Assembly: GCF_018977255.1 (NCBI RefSeq)
Contig: NW_024704743.1
Span: forward strand, 59,894,001 to 59,958,000
Length of the DNA: 64,000 bases
Origin: Callorhinchus milii
Lineage: Eukaryota
Reading direction: 5' to 3'
In this document: piece by piece, positions 13,023-26,656 of the stretch
How the letters are laid out: each line of letters starts with the position of its first letter
Numbering within the stretch: the first letter of the stretch is position 1
Program-made: the position numbers and the translations under genes
The notes under the pieces: generated by a model
What the model saw: the letters and a program-made list of their open reading frames with translations, nothing else
Database searches by the model: none
What the model was told of the DNA's origin: nothing

Positions 13023-13094
13023 ATATCTGGCCGATCTTGAAAGGGGAAAATAAAAGAAGTAATAATTTTGCCTGCCTGTATGTGCGACTGACTT

Positions 13095-13660
13095 AACAAC
13101 AACAAAATTACATTTGTATAGCCCCTTTCACGTCAGCAGGACGTCCAAAGGCACTGGACAATCAGTGTTTCGGACCCGAGCTGGGGCTCAGGAAAGGAGA
13201 GTGGAAAGCAGTGGGGAAACAAGGGTGACCAAAGGCATGATCGAAGAGGAGGGTCTTGAGACGGGTCTTGAAGGGAGGCAAGGGAGGGGGCGAAGCAGAG
13301 GGACTGTGGGATGGAAGTTGACCCCATGTCTGTGGATGATGTCACCAAGAGGAAACATACAGATATTGAAGAGGAGGGAACCAAGGACAAAGCCCTGAGG
13401 AATGCCGCACAAGATGGTACGGGAGCTAGAGGAGAAGCCATTTGTGGAGAGCAAGTGGAGACTGTGTGAGAGGTAGGATCAGAACCGTTCAAGGACAGAC
13501 CCATGAAGGTTGAGGTGAGAGGAGGGGTGGTGTAGGAGGATAGCGTGGTCAACAGTATCGAAGGCAGCAGAGAGGTCAAGGAGGGCAAGGAGGCAGAGGA
13601 AGCCCTGGTCGCAGATGAGCAAAATGTCATTTGTCACTTTAACCAAAGCTGGTTCTGTGT
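13095..13660 (-). mobile_element. L2 LINE fragment with internal deletion (RT region joined to 3' UTR)
   Basis: [10 protein letters not shown]...[13 protein letters not shown] and GIPQGFVLGSLLF...PLGDIIHRHGVNFH in ORFs 13479-13715 and 13188-13454. (CAA)n tail at 13095. Confidence 0.85.
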
Positions 13661-14429
13661 TGTGGGCGGCACAACTTGATTCATGTGGATTTACCAAAAA
13701 GGGAGAAAACAGCAAAGTTCAGCAGTCCGATGAATCGAAGGAAGGTTATTATTTATAATAACTTAATTATTTAGAATATTAGCAATAATCCTTGCATTTA
13801 ATATAATGCCTTTCACATGAGGAGCATGTCTCAAAGTGCTTCACTGGATTTGCTGTAAAGTGTTGTGACTGTGTCATTTGAAGGCAAACACAGCAGCCAA
13901 TTTGCAAACGGTATTGTCCCACAAATAGCCACAAAATGAATGATCAATTTAGGCAGGTAGGGACATTTGGTCAAAATAGGAAATATAGTGAGAAAGTGCC
14001 TCAAAGATCTGTGCTTGGGCCCCTCCTGTTCCAAGTCTATATGAACAAGCCAGATTCACAAACTCAGTGCACAGTGAAAAAAATTCTCGAAATATTGGCA
14101 ACAATGGCCAAGAAGAATATAATTGATTGAGACTAATGTGTAGTTTAGTGAATACTGTATTTGGATTTGAAAACAATGCAAATATTCAAAACTACCTGAA
14201 GCAATGGCATTATACTGTAGAGATTACCTCACAAAATTACAACAGTTTGCATTTATATAATGTCATATCTAAAACACATGCCGCAAAGCATTTTAGAAAA
14301 TATAATTGCTAATATTGCTAAGAAATGGAGTGCAAACTGTTGTGTACACAAATGTGTCAGCTAATCAGTGCCAGCAATATCCCATTAACAACAATACAAT
14401 AAACAGCTGATTAATATGAATTTGGAGTA

Positions 14430-14945
14430 TTTGGCACTGTACAAAAAGAGAAGGGAGTTTCTCCTGGTGTCCTGGCCTACAATTCCCCTGATAAAAATCC
14501 CCCTGTTTTGTAGGACATTGTTGTGCACAAATTGTCTGCTGCATTCCCCTACAAAATCCATAGACGTTTACAATGTTACAGTAAACAGTAATCCTGCACT
14601 TTGAGACATCTCAACTATGTGATAAGGTACTAAATCAAATGAAAGGTTTATTATTTTATACATTCCATACATTTTATTCTGAGATGTCTCTTTTCAAGAC
14701 AATCTGAGGGCTCATTAACATTGGTGATCAGCCCCATTGCTCTTCCCATTGTTTCTAAAACCTGGATGTTAATGATGACAAAACCAAATGCAATAATCCA
14801 GGGGTGGCTTGACCAGACCACAGTATCCTTGAGCATCATTTCTGGCGATCTGAAATCCACTGATTGTAGCCCAGCAATGTGGCCCAGCCTTTTTGCCTTG
14901 TTTATTGCTGCCTCACATTGTTTGGACATGGTGAGTGAAGAAGGA
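14430..14945. mobile_element. LF-SINE-like 3' half (+, ~14430-14650) abutting a CR1 fragment (-, ~14650-14945)
   Basis: GGGAGTTTCTCCTGGTGTCCTGGCC...GGACATTGTTGTGCACAAATTG, then ORF 14651-14929 MSKQCEAAINKAKRLG (CR1 ORF2-like). Confidence 0.6.
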
Positions 14946-17639
14946 ACTCACACCACTGATGTGAGTTGATTCAACTTCCCCCTTAAAGTTGAAGTCGTAG
15001 CTCTCTTTCAACTTCCCCCTTGACTAGCTCTGTCCTGCACATGGAATATATGTGCCTCTTATTTTTACTTCACCTTACAATATCCATACTGAACTCCAAT
15101 TGCCAGTGATTAACTCAACAATCCTTTTGAACTATTTTTGTAAGATCTTGACTCCTTCCTCCACTTCCACTGTTCATCTTAGTTGATGTAAATATACCTA
15201 CCATGCCCTAAGTATGTGAATTTAGGTAACGTATGCATACTTGGATCAGGACAGTTCCTAGCACATAGCCCTGAAGCACCCTCTCAATATCTTTCCTATT
15301 TTGACCTCTCTTCCCTTACTAAGTAAAGAGACATGAACATGATGCAAATAGAACTTGTACTTCATCCAAATGTTTTTTGAAGTACTTGGCACAAGGCAAA
15401 CCACATGCATGCAATAAGGCAAAATGGACTCAGAGGATAAACTTGCCAATTCTTCAGTAGAAAAAATCTGGAACAAGAGGTAGTGATTGCCAAGAAAACA
15501 CTAACAATAGCTTAAAGGAAAATGCAGTATTTTTTTCGGTACAAAGAGCTTGCCGGATCAAGTCATGGCTCTGTTATTCCCTTCAGATATTGGATGTTCA
15601 ATGCCAGGAAAGTTCATCTCCTTTCTTCTGAATCTTCCTTCTCTTCTTTTTAGGCAGAGAGAAACATTTTGAAATGAAGTTTACAACTGGGCAGAGGAGG
15701 ATATAGCTGAATTGTAAATGTGTATCATTTTTCAAAATGTACCTTTACACTGTGCATGACTTGATCCTATTGATTAAAAAAAGTTTCATTCAATTTTGTG
15801 TTTCATTCCCCAAATCTAACATCCTCTCCTCAGGGGGAGGAATGAGGAATGAAACACTTTTCCATTCCAGTGTTAGTATCAAGCACTTTCAGGTCCCATG
15901 GTCCCAGAAAGCTTTGATGTAAAGCCCCTCAGCTCTCCTTAAATCATATGTCTTAGCCTTAGCCTCAGTAGAGCACATTCCACCGTGGCAGTGAGACATT
16001 TTCTGTTTCTAGCTTTGACAACCAGGCTCTATGAGTGAGGCTGCCGATTTTACCCTGAAGTAAGGCAATTTTGTGCAATGGGTCCGTTAGGATTGAGTTG
16101 AGATAGAATCCATCACTCAATTTCACTCAAGACCCTTAAAGCTAGCAAACAGAAGGGTTTGTCATCCTATTAGTCCCTGGATTCAAAAACTAAGCCGTAA
16201 AGGTAAAAATCCTGTCTCAGCATGCCACCCAATCACCAACACTTATTTATTTTTAACCACAATAACGTTTAAAACATGTTGATTTTGACTGAGATTCCTG
16301 AATTGAATAATCTAATTGGGAGATTGCTTCCTTTCATGTCACATTGACTCCAGGAATTCCACTCCCAAACTAGATTACACTGGAGAGACATTTCCCGTAC
16401 GTCAAACACGGCGACTTCTGGTCTGTCTTATTCAGGGATCCCATTTGAAATCCCTGTTTTACACCCCAATATTATTTTAATCAAATGTAAAGTAAAACAC
16501 TGATAAAACCAAGTAGTGGAGTAAAAGTTGTGGAGTATTCGGGTGACCATATTTTGTAAACCAAATTCGGGAACACATGTATAACAAATTGAACCCCAAT
16601 TGCTGATGCTGGCAGTACTGGAGAAGATTGCTGGATTAATGATAATTAATAGCTGCATTTCTCCGATGAGTGTTTCTGTTTTAGAATGTTATTTCTCAGT
16701 TTGTTGCTAAACTCAAAACAGGGCAAATTTGGCTAAGGACATAATACCTCAACCGGGGCAATCATCAGCCTATATTATAACACTTTGATGTGATAGTCAT
16801 TGCATTAGAACTAAGAATTCCCCACCACCAATATTAATAATTATCACATTGAACACTCAGTATTTCCTTTCCTTTTTTTAGAACTAACAACACTTTCTCT
16901 TTTTTAAAAAAAACTTTAACTGGGATATCAAACGTTTTCTTTCTGGTCTGTTTTGAACCTATTTCCCTTTGTTAACCACCAATGGAAATTTAGTCACCCT
17001 CACTAAAAGGCAAATTGAGAAGTTCTCAGCTATTAATCTGTTTAATTTACATGATTTCGTCAAATTTTTCATTGCACGCCTTAACTTCACCATCTCCAGC
17101 AACATGTTAGTGGTATGGTTTATAACTTTGCATGTTTAATGGATAGATACCATCCACACATCCACTTGTGTGACTCTTCTTAAGCTAATCTTGAAGCAAA
17201 GAATTATTGAACAAAATCATTGTGCAATTTTTTTAAAAATCTACTTTACATTTAGAAGCACTTGTTGTATCTTACTAATGTGAAATAGTGCTAATTCCCT
17301 TCACCACCAATCAAACATTATAATATTATAATTATTATATGAGCAACAATAAAAACAGAAAATGGATTTATTTGGGGGCAGTGAATGGTGCAGATTCTCT
17401 GGGGCAGCAATCCATTGTAACAATCTTTACATCTGGTCTAGCACATTTCAAAGCGCTTCACCCTATATACTGTAAAGTTGAGTGACTGTGTTTTTGTGGA
17501 AAACATGGCAGCCAATTTACTCACAGCAATGTCCCATGTGAGACAGAAATAGTGCGGGCAAAATTGCCAGATCAGTTGAGTTCAGAACCCCAGAAGTGAA
17601 GTGGCACAGTACTTTGGTCAGGACATACTCAGAGTGCTT

Positions 17640-19200
17640 TTGCAGTTCTAGTCACTACAACATAAAGGAAATTTCCAGGCTATAGAAGGAGTGCATAGGA
17701 GAGTAACAAAGATGATCCCCAGTGTAAGAGGAATGAGATATGAGCAACGATTAGACAAGTTAACGCTCTTCAGCCTTGAAGGGAGCGAGGTGAAGGGAAT
17801 GTGGGATGGAGTTCCAGAGTGTGGGGGCTGAGAGGCTGAAGGCCCGATTACCAATGGTGGGGAGAGCTGGGCGGGGGATATGGAGCAGGCCGGAGCCTGC
17901 TGAGCAGAGGGAGCGGACAGGTTGATAAGGTCTTAGCAGGTCGAAGAGGTAGCAGGGGGCAAGGTCATGGAGCGCCTTGAAGGTGAGGATGAAGATTTTG
18001 AACTCAATCCTCTAAGGGATGCGGAGCCAGTGGAACCGGGTGAGGGTGGGTGTGATGGGGTCACGGAGCCGGGAGGACATGAGCTGCAGGGTTCTGGATG
18101 ATCTGCAGCTTGTGGAGGGAAGAGTTGTGAAGGCCGACAAGCAGGGTGTTGGCATGGATGTGGGGGAGAAAGGACAGTTGAGGGTCGAACAAAATGCCTA
18201 AGTTACTGACTGGCTTGGTGAGGTGGAGTGTGCAACTATGGATGCTGATGATGCCAGTGCCTGAGGTGCTGAGGCACTGGCGTGAGCCAATCAGGAGGGC
18301 CTTGGTCTTGCTTATGTTCAATTGTAGAAAGTTAGCCCTCATCCAGTACTTGATATCTGACAGGCAGTCTGTCAGGACAGCAGTGATCCTGGAGTCAAGG
18401 GTGGAGGCAGAGATAGAGTTGGGTGTCATCCACATACATATGGAAATTGACCCCATGTCTGCGGATGATGACACCAAGAGGGAGCATGTACAGGTTGAAG
18501 AGGAGAGGACCGAGGACAGAGCCCTGAGGAACACCACACAGGACGGTGCGGGGGCTGGAGGAGAAGCCATTTGTGGAGACAAACTGGAGCCGGTGTGAGA
18601 GATAGGATCTGAAACAGCCAAGGACAGAACCTTGAAGGTTGAGGTGAGAGGAGAGGCCGTGGAGGAGGATAGAGTGGTCCACAGTGTCAAAGGCAGCAGA
18701 GAGGTTGAGAAGTACGAGGAGACAGAAGGACATAATGTCATTTGTCACCTTGACCAGGGCTGTTTCCAGGAGGGGTTCATAAAGGGGATGGCAGGAGAGA
18801 AAGGAGTGAAGCTGGGAAACAACAACTCTTTCAAGGACCTTGGAAAAGAAAGGGAGGTCAGAGACTCAAAACTTAGTGAGAGGTAAATAAGATTTTAAAT
18901 GGGATTGAAAAAGTAAACCCAAAATACTTTCAGATATGCTGAGACAGCAGAACAAAACTGCACAGATTCAGGGTAGCAAAGGCCAGTTTCAGGGCAGATA
19001 CCCAGAAGTACTCCTCTACCCAGAGGGTAACTAACCACTGGAACAAGTCACCTAGAAGGTGGTTGAGACCAGAATGATGGTTCCATTTAAGAACAGCGTG
19101 ATATTGTGATGGGAGAATGGGAGGGTATTCAATCTGCAAGGATGAGATCAAATGGGCCGAAGGGCCTTCTTCATCTAAACCAATCTTGTGATCGTGTGAT
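17640..19200. mobile_element. CR1 3' fragment (+, 17640-17778 and 18866-19200) interrupted by an L2 RT fragment (-, 17779-18865)
   Basis: L2 ORFs carry [13 protein letters not shown]...[21 protein letters not shown]...MYVDDTQLY and LQLNISKT. CR1 sequence resumes collinearly after the L2. Confidence 0.8.
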
Positions 19201-21904
19201 CTTGCAATTAAAATGTCTAAGGCTGCTGCAATTAAGACTGAAGTGACCTTCCCGGTTAAATTAGAACATGGGGTCCAGCACGATTCACTTCACCGCAGTG
19301 GTACTCATTCCTGTGTTAAACTGTGCTTTTAGGGAAGATTTGGCACCATGTTTGTATCAAATCAATGTGAAAAATACAGTATATGTAATGCATGAAACTG
19401 CGGTAACATGTCAGTTTTTAGATAAATTGACTTGATTATTTTTAATACAGCATTTCATTTTTCATTTTACATCCAGGGATCAAATGAAACAGTAGCAAGC
19501 ATGTGTTGGCTACCTGCCAAATCGCCAGTACAGTGGAAGGCTGCCTTTCCAAACCCACTAGGACACCAGCATGAAGGGATAGGTGACAAGGTCGGATAAT
19601 TCAACATATGCAATTTCCGAAAGTAAAGAGCAGTATAAAAGCCCCAGTCACAGTAACATCACACTAAAACAACTGGTTTTGATTAAATCAATGGGGTGTG
19701 CAGTATAATACACTAGTAGTACTGTATGTGTATCCCTGAAGGCATGTTGTGTGTGGGAGCATTTCATATTTAAAAAATGGGTGCACTATATATACTGACT
19801 CTGATATGATTGAGGTGGATAAATGATCGAGGTGGGCATGTGACAGTCGGATATTTGGCGTCTCACTGTAGCTAAAATGGACTAACTGTTGAACATAATA
19901 ACAGCTAAACTGGGGTTAACAGCCATAAAGTAACTACAAAAAGTGACAACTCTGAGGGGCATAAATTTCTAAGTGCATATAGTGCAAATGCCATGGACTG
20001 AGTATGGTGTCTAAAGCAAGTTAGTTGATTGCTGCTCACTGCCACATTCACAGCAAGTAACGTTGTAAAATGGATAGTTGGTAGTGATTAAGCTACTTTT
20101 AATTAATATAGATATTGTACAATACAAAGTAATTTAATTATTTCAAATAATATGCAAACAGTACAGATTACGGCAGAAATATTCAACCAATATACACAGC
20201 ACAAAACCATTCAATGAACAGAGATAATTATCTGATACCACAAAATCATCACTCGAGCCAAATCCCTCTTTGGTTTCACTGACTAACTGACAATGAGTCT
20301 GGACATCTGTGGGAAAACGTTTGATGTATCTATAAGTATTCGAATACATTAATGCTCAGAGACAAAAACTGATGTGTGATAATCGCTCAGAGTTAAACTG
20401 GTATCCGTGAGCCACACTAAAATGCTATTCTTCATGGCTGGCAGCTTCAATGGCTTCGAGCCAGACTTGGACCTAACTAATAGTGCCCAATTCAGTAGGC
20501 GTCACATCCACTTGTTGCCTTTAGTTGTCAGCTGGCTTGACCGTAATATTCACCAGCGTGATAATAATAATCCTTACATTTCGAATAACGACTTTCACAT
20601 TGACAGGACTTCACAGGATGTACAGTAAAGGGGAGTGGCCATGCTTTTTGTGTGCATTTTGTGTGATAAGCGTCACATGATAGATTTTCATCCAATTTTA
20701 GATTGTGTGCCAACCTGCACACTTTCCACCTCCTTGCAACCTCAATGAAATGTTCAAATCAATACTTGCAATACTTGCACAATGTTCTATTTGAGAACAT
20801 TCTACCAAGGCTCAATACCATGAAACACCTTACTTCTCTCGCATTTCCTTCAACTTGCAACTTTCAAAATCGCAAGATCAGAATCACTTAACCACTGCTT
20901 CAATTATCTTATTTTCTCACTTTTTCTCTGGTAACGCTCGGTGGAGTCCTGTACTATGGGCCATGGTCCTTTGATAAGGTGTTTCACTATAGAAATGTAC
21001 ATTTTTAAAGCAGTTGTGAAAAATTATACAAGTTATTTTCATTACATCCAATAAAAGCGTAAATTTGCAGTAAAATGGTGAAGAATAGATCACATTCAGT
21101 AAAGTATTGTACTATGGAAAAAAATCACAGTAATCACTAACCATTAACAATGAATTATTAAAACTTGCAACTGTCTGTAGGCTGTGAAGTTATAGTGATT
21201 CTGGATGTATTTGTTCCTGAATCTCTTCCAACTTTTAAAATGTAAAAGGTAACCTAAAGGAACATTTCCTTTTTAAGAATTTCACAAGTTTGAAACGAAG
21301 AAGATAAGCCTACAGTTTAGAGCCTTAACCACCCATCCCACACCCCTTTCAAGAGGGATAAGTTTGGTAAGTCACCCCTCAACCCTTGTACAATCTTGAA
21401 GCTGGAATACACATTCTGAAAACATCCCAAATTTGCTAAGTATTTCCATAGCTTTCAGCTTTGTCATGAAATCTTCATGAGGCACGGGATCAAAAGCCTT
21501 ACATAAATAATAATAATAATAATAATCCTTGGGCCTTATGATGTTCCACAATCTCATAGAAAGTGCCAACATGCTCCACACACTCCTTGCAAGAACAGAA
21601 TCCATGTTTCTTCCTGATGGAACCATATGTCTCTTTTGCATCTGATAAACACACTAATTACTGAAACCACCATCTAAGAGACACTAAAATCAGTGAGATT
21701 CATCGGTAATTCTTCGTCTCACTGGTGTCATCATTTGTTCTATAGAATATTGTTGTTGTGTTTAACCAGTGAAAACAATTTCCTGAAAATATTTAACCTT
21801 ATTCCCTCTCTTTTTTTCAGTCTGTCTAGATAATTGAAAGGAAGCAGCAGCTGTTTAGCCCTCACTTTTATATCTATCCTCTATCTAGATCATAAAATCT
21901 AGGC

Positions 21905-22330
21905 TACAGCCTAACTCAATGATAGCACTCTCATCTCTGAGTCAGAAGGTTGTGGGTTCAAATCCAACGTCAGGACTTGAACTCACATAGTCTAAGATGA
22001 CACTCCAATGCAGTGCTTGCCCTGTGTTGCATTGTCGGAGGTACCATCCTTCAGATGAGACATTAAACCGAGGTCCTATCTGGCTCTCAGGTGGACATTA
22101 AAGATCCTGCGGAAACAGTTCGAAAAGATAAGGGAGTTTCCCCCGGTATTCTGGCCAACAAGCTCCCAAATAAAATTGGCCATTCACTCTATGGCTGTTT
22201 GTGGGACATTGCTGTGCACAATTGAGCTGCCCACAAACAATCACTTAATTTCATTGTAATACCTGTGAAGAGCTTCGAGACGTCCTTCCGACATAATAAG
22301 GTGCTATACCAAATGCAATTATTATTATTT
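21905..22330 (+). mobile_element. LF-SINE-like SINE, full length (best copy)
   Basis: AGCACTCTCATCTCTGAGTCAGAAGGTTGTGGGTTCAAATCC...GTCGGAGGTACCATCCTTCAGATGAGACATTAAACCGAGG...CTCAGGTGGACATTAAAGATCC...GCTGTTTGTGGGACATTGCTGTGC...(ATT)n. Follows the LF-SINE consensus as I recall it. Confidence 0.8.
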
Positions 22331-25300
22331 AATATAATTTATTATAATATACTTTGAAAAATAAATACAATATAAATTTACATTCATAGCTGCAGCTGTC
22401 TTTCACGTAGGGAGGTGCTAAACAGGCTATCTGAGCTTGGGGTGGGACCCATGAGCCAAGAGTAGGACACAAAGTAGGAAGCAATTGTCAGTATCAATTA
22501 CCTACAGTTGATGATTACTCACTGTACAAATCTTCTTATATTTAAACACAGCCTATATAATTGTTGTTGCTGCAGTTGCATATAATCCAATTGAAAAGGT
22601 TCAACATTAGTTATATTTTCAGTTTTTTTTTAAAAAATGATGGAAAATGTGAGCCGACGAATTAGAAGTGAGGTCTGAGAATTGTAAGTTTATTGTAATC
22701 GAATACAACTGGACAGTTTTGGATCGGAAACCCTTATTGAAAATTCCAGCTGGATTGATCTTTATGGACGGTGGGTTTGAAATATGAGCACCTGTCATTA
22801 AAGCACAGCTATTAGCTGCAGTGCACCATGCATTACATCGACCCCTTTGCAGGGAATTCAGCTGCCTGATTATCCTCAACTGCAGCTGTGAAATCAAAAA
22901 AATGTATACGATGATTTAAATGGGCTCTGTTGGTAAAGTGTCTCCTTATTGGCCTTTGCAAGCTCACTCCTTCATATGGTTATTTTCTTTTTATTCCCAT
23001 TTGGTAACAGGAGCCCTGAAGTGAAGGGGCATGTCTTTGAGTAAAAGCTTGTATCCATCTCGTGGAGTGTCTTATGATGACCTGATTTCAGTTGTGATTA
23101 TCCTTCAGAGATCAAAGCAGGATTAATGTAACTCAGTACTATTTTTGTAGGACACTACAAAGCTCCATCACCTTCTTCATGTGTATACAGCAGTCCAATA
23201 CACGGTACTAATCAGAGAAGAGTGAAAGGGCTGAAAATTTGAGCTTCAAGGGGCAAACTAGAATATATGTCAGTGTAGTTATTTGGAAAAAAAGCACAAA
23301 AGTAGAACATTTCAACTGAATTTCATCACATATATTTTATTTTATGCATATGGTAAAAATAAAAACTACTGTGGAGATTGATAGCCACAAATTCATGCTC
23401 CGAGTGGTTTTACAAAAAGATGTTTTTGATTTGTAATCCATCAAAGAATAAAATGATGATCCACACTGTCTAAACAAAACAATTGACTGGATTTAACTTA
23501 AAACTTAAATGTAACAGCAGCTAGTACAGTTTCAGTTAATGACATGCATGATTCACATAAACTCTTTCCATGTAATTGGGTAATCTGAAGTGAACGCATT
23601 CATACAGCTCAATGCCGTGTGGGTATGATACATGAAACAGACTTGTGCCTGAGGTATGGTGCCACTGTTCTGTGTTACTATTCCAGTTCTGATTGAGGCC
23701 TTATTCATGTTGGTACAACATTAGTGGATAATCTATAAGAATCAGGTTGACAGAAATTATTCTGTGCATCCTGTAACTAAGGCTGTTAGAAGTGTAGATT
23801 CTGGATGCTAATGCTAAATATGAGAAGGCTCAGGGGGTATTGTTAAAGTATTCAAGATCCTAAGGGACAAAGGACATGGGAACCCTAATACAGTAAAATG
23901 TTTAATATCGTCAAAAAATCTAGGACAGGGGGGAGGGGGGGCCTTGACTCAAACGCAGAAGAGGGAAAATGAACAGGCAGTGCAGATTGAATTAGTTTAC
24001 ATAGAAAGTGGTGAATACAATATGTGGAATAAACATTGAGCGGTGGAGCCAAATTGTATCCGAAAATTCATTATGGAGTTAGATCGTTTTTTAGTGGAAA
24101 AAATCTATCCAGGAACGTGGGATTATTAGCATGGGGGTGGACAGCCAGCTGGATCATATTGCTCCTTGCCTGTTCTGTGCATTCCTATCTTCCAATGTAA
24201 ATTAGATTGTTTAACAGCAGAAAACATGGGAAACATGTGGCGAATGTGATTTTTGATCCATGGTTTATTGTTATTGTTTTATTTTCTTCTCTTTGAGGAG
24301 TGCTGCAGCCAAACAGCCAAAAATTTTACAGTGTTTCCTGATCTCATTCACCATGTTGACAGTCAGTTAATAGGACACTGACTTCTATATATAAAAGAAA
24401 ACCTTGATATTTCACACAAAAGATGGCCTCCTTTCGTATAATCCTTCAGACCTCCCTGGATCAATTATTCATCATTGAGTCCGACACAAATTTTCCGAGT
24501 GAATGGAATGCCATTTTCTATTCACTTGGAACAACTGATTCTCAAAGAAACTTTTTTTTATTTTCCTCTCCCCCTGATCTTAAGAATTCTCATAGGTGGA
24601 CATTAGCCATCTAACAAGCATGGGTTTAGGCTCCTTCTAATTAATTACAGTAGTTAGTAATAGGAGGAACTCATCCTGAGGGGCACAATGTGTGAACATT
24701 TCCTCCTCACTTAAGAATGAAAATGTAGTGCACGATGTGATCATTATCACCAGTGATATTGGACACATTACAAACGATGGTCATCTTATTGATAACCCCC
24801 TTAATTGATAAGTTTTCCCCTTCTGGAATGTCTCACAATATGATGAGCATCACTGATGATATGTTCAATTCCCCATTCCCCTCAGCGATAACAGAATCAG
24901 TGGAGGGAAACAATCCCACACCCAGGTTTTCGATAAAATTGTTTCACTCAAAATTGGTTGCTGTAGCCATGTTCTGAGTTTGAGCATACAGTACAATTTT
25001 CCTGTTGATATAATAATAATCCTTGCATTTGATATAATGCTTTTCACGTCTTCCAGACGTCACAAACATATGACTTATTGCTGCACTGTGTGGTGCCTTG
25101 ACCCACTAAACTATCGGGGAACACTTCTTCTTTGTTAAAAAAAAATGCTGCAGGTTATTTTTCAACTGCTATATTTAATGATTTCATAATTTATTAATTT
25201 CATTGGATCTATTATTTGCAAACTAGAAAATATAATGACATATTTAAATTTGTCTTTAAATGTACATCGACATTGTATGTTAACTGCTAACTGGAGAGAC

Positions 25301-25689
25301 ATTTTTGATCATAAATGTGTCAAGTGCAGATGACGCTACTGTGAGCAAATACTGCTACCAGTTGTGGTAACCCATGTGGTTTCAGTTTGGATCAACAAGT
25401 GGAGAAATCGAAAAGCATTTTTTTCGATCAGTTGCGAAATTTCTTCTGGAATACGCAGTTAAATTCAGAATTAAAACAAAAAGAAAAGTCACGTTATTAT
25501 ATCACACAGTTTCACCTGGGTACATTGCCCAAATAACAGAATTGATGGATCTGTCACTATCAATTGCTCCATCTTGGTGCTACAGTGCAGTGTTGCATAT
25601 GGGTGTTTTACAGAATTAAAAGAATATTCACGAGTAAGAGTCTCCAGTATTTGCACATTCATATGAAATATTACTCATTATCTAATATA

Positions 25690-26290
25690 GAAGCATAGAA
25701 ATTATAACACAAGAGGAAAATACTCAGCTTATCAAGCCTAAACTGGAGTTTGCCTGTTCACAGGAGCTCATTACTCTAATCCCAATTCCTTGCTTTTTCT
25801 CCATGTCGTTATCCTTTTTAAAAAAGATTTTTTTTTAAGGATATTTTTCCTTTTAAAATGTTTATCCATTTCCCTTTTAAATATTGTTATGATGTCAACC
25901 TAAATAGCCACTTGTGGCAAACTCATCTGCATGAGAACATTGCATGTAACATCCTCCTTAACTCTTACAATAAAAATTCAGAATTTTGCTCTGAATTAAC
26001 AAGCTATATGAATAATCTTTACTATCCTCTTCGGTATGTTGAAGAGCTCTATTAGATTGCTTTTTACCCTTATAAGTTCCAGTGAAATGAGATCCAATTT
26101 TTAAAATCAAATCTCATAACTATAATTTCCGTATCTGGCACCATCTGTGTGAACCTACGCTGTACTCTTTCCATGGTTTTGATATCCTTTTTGTGTAACT
26201 GGTTGCAAAAACTGCACAAAGCTCTCAGGCTATGGCCTAACTGCTGTCTTGTAAAAATTTAATGCCATGTTGTATAAATTTAACATCATT
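25690..26290 (-). mobile_element. CR1 LINE 3' fragment, decayed
   Basis: Tail-type sequence ATAGAAGCATAGAAATT...CTACTCTAATCC-like, and CCATCTGTGTGAACCTACGCTGTACTCTTTCC...CAAAAACTGCACA, the reverse complement of the CR1 VQFW/VQRR region. Confidence 0.55.
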
Positions 26291-26656
26291 ATTAAAAATA
26301 ATATTTATATGTGATATTTCGTCTTTAAAGTTACCACATGGGCATCTCCCTCACTCAGAAACAGACATTTCAGCACAGAAGGAAACCATATGGCCTATCA
26401 CGCTGGAACCTCACTGAAGCTGGCTATTAATCCCATACCGCTGCTCACTCTATTTCCTTTTAAATATCATAATTCACTCTTTCTGGTGTTTCCAATGCTG
26501 GCTACTGAAAGATGTTTACTTAGTCTTGGCTCCCAGCACTTGCCACTGATCATTGCTTTCAGAGGATGACCTGAGAGTGGAGTGTTGAAAGTTGGTTGGG
26601 CATCTGGGGGTAAGAATCCCTTTTTTCAAAAAAAATTTGGTCACTCAATCCACAAC

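Noticed and set aside
18061..18748. Reverse-transcriptase-like ORFs as an active gene or retron-like system
   Set aside because: Frameshifted, truncated L2 relic with YADD altered to YVDD. Many similar decayed copies occur in the window.
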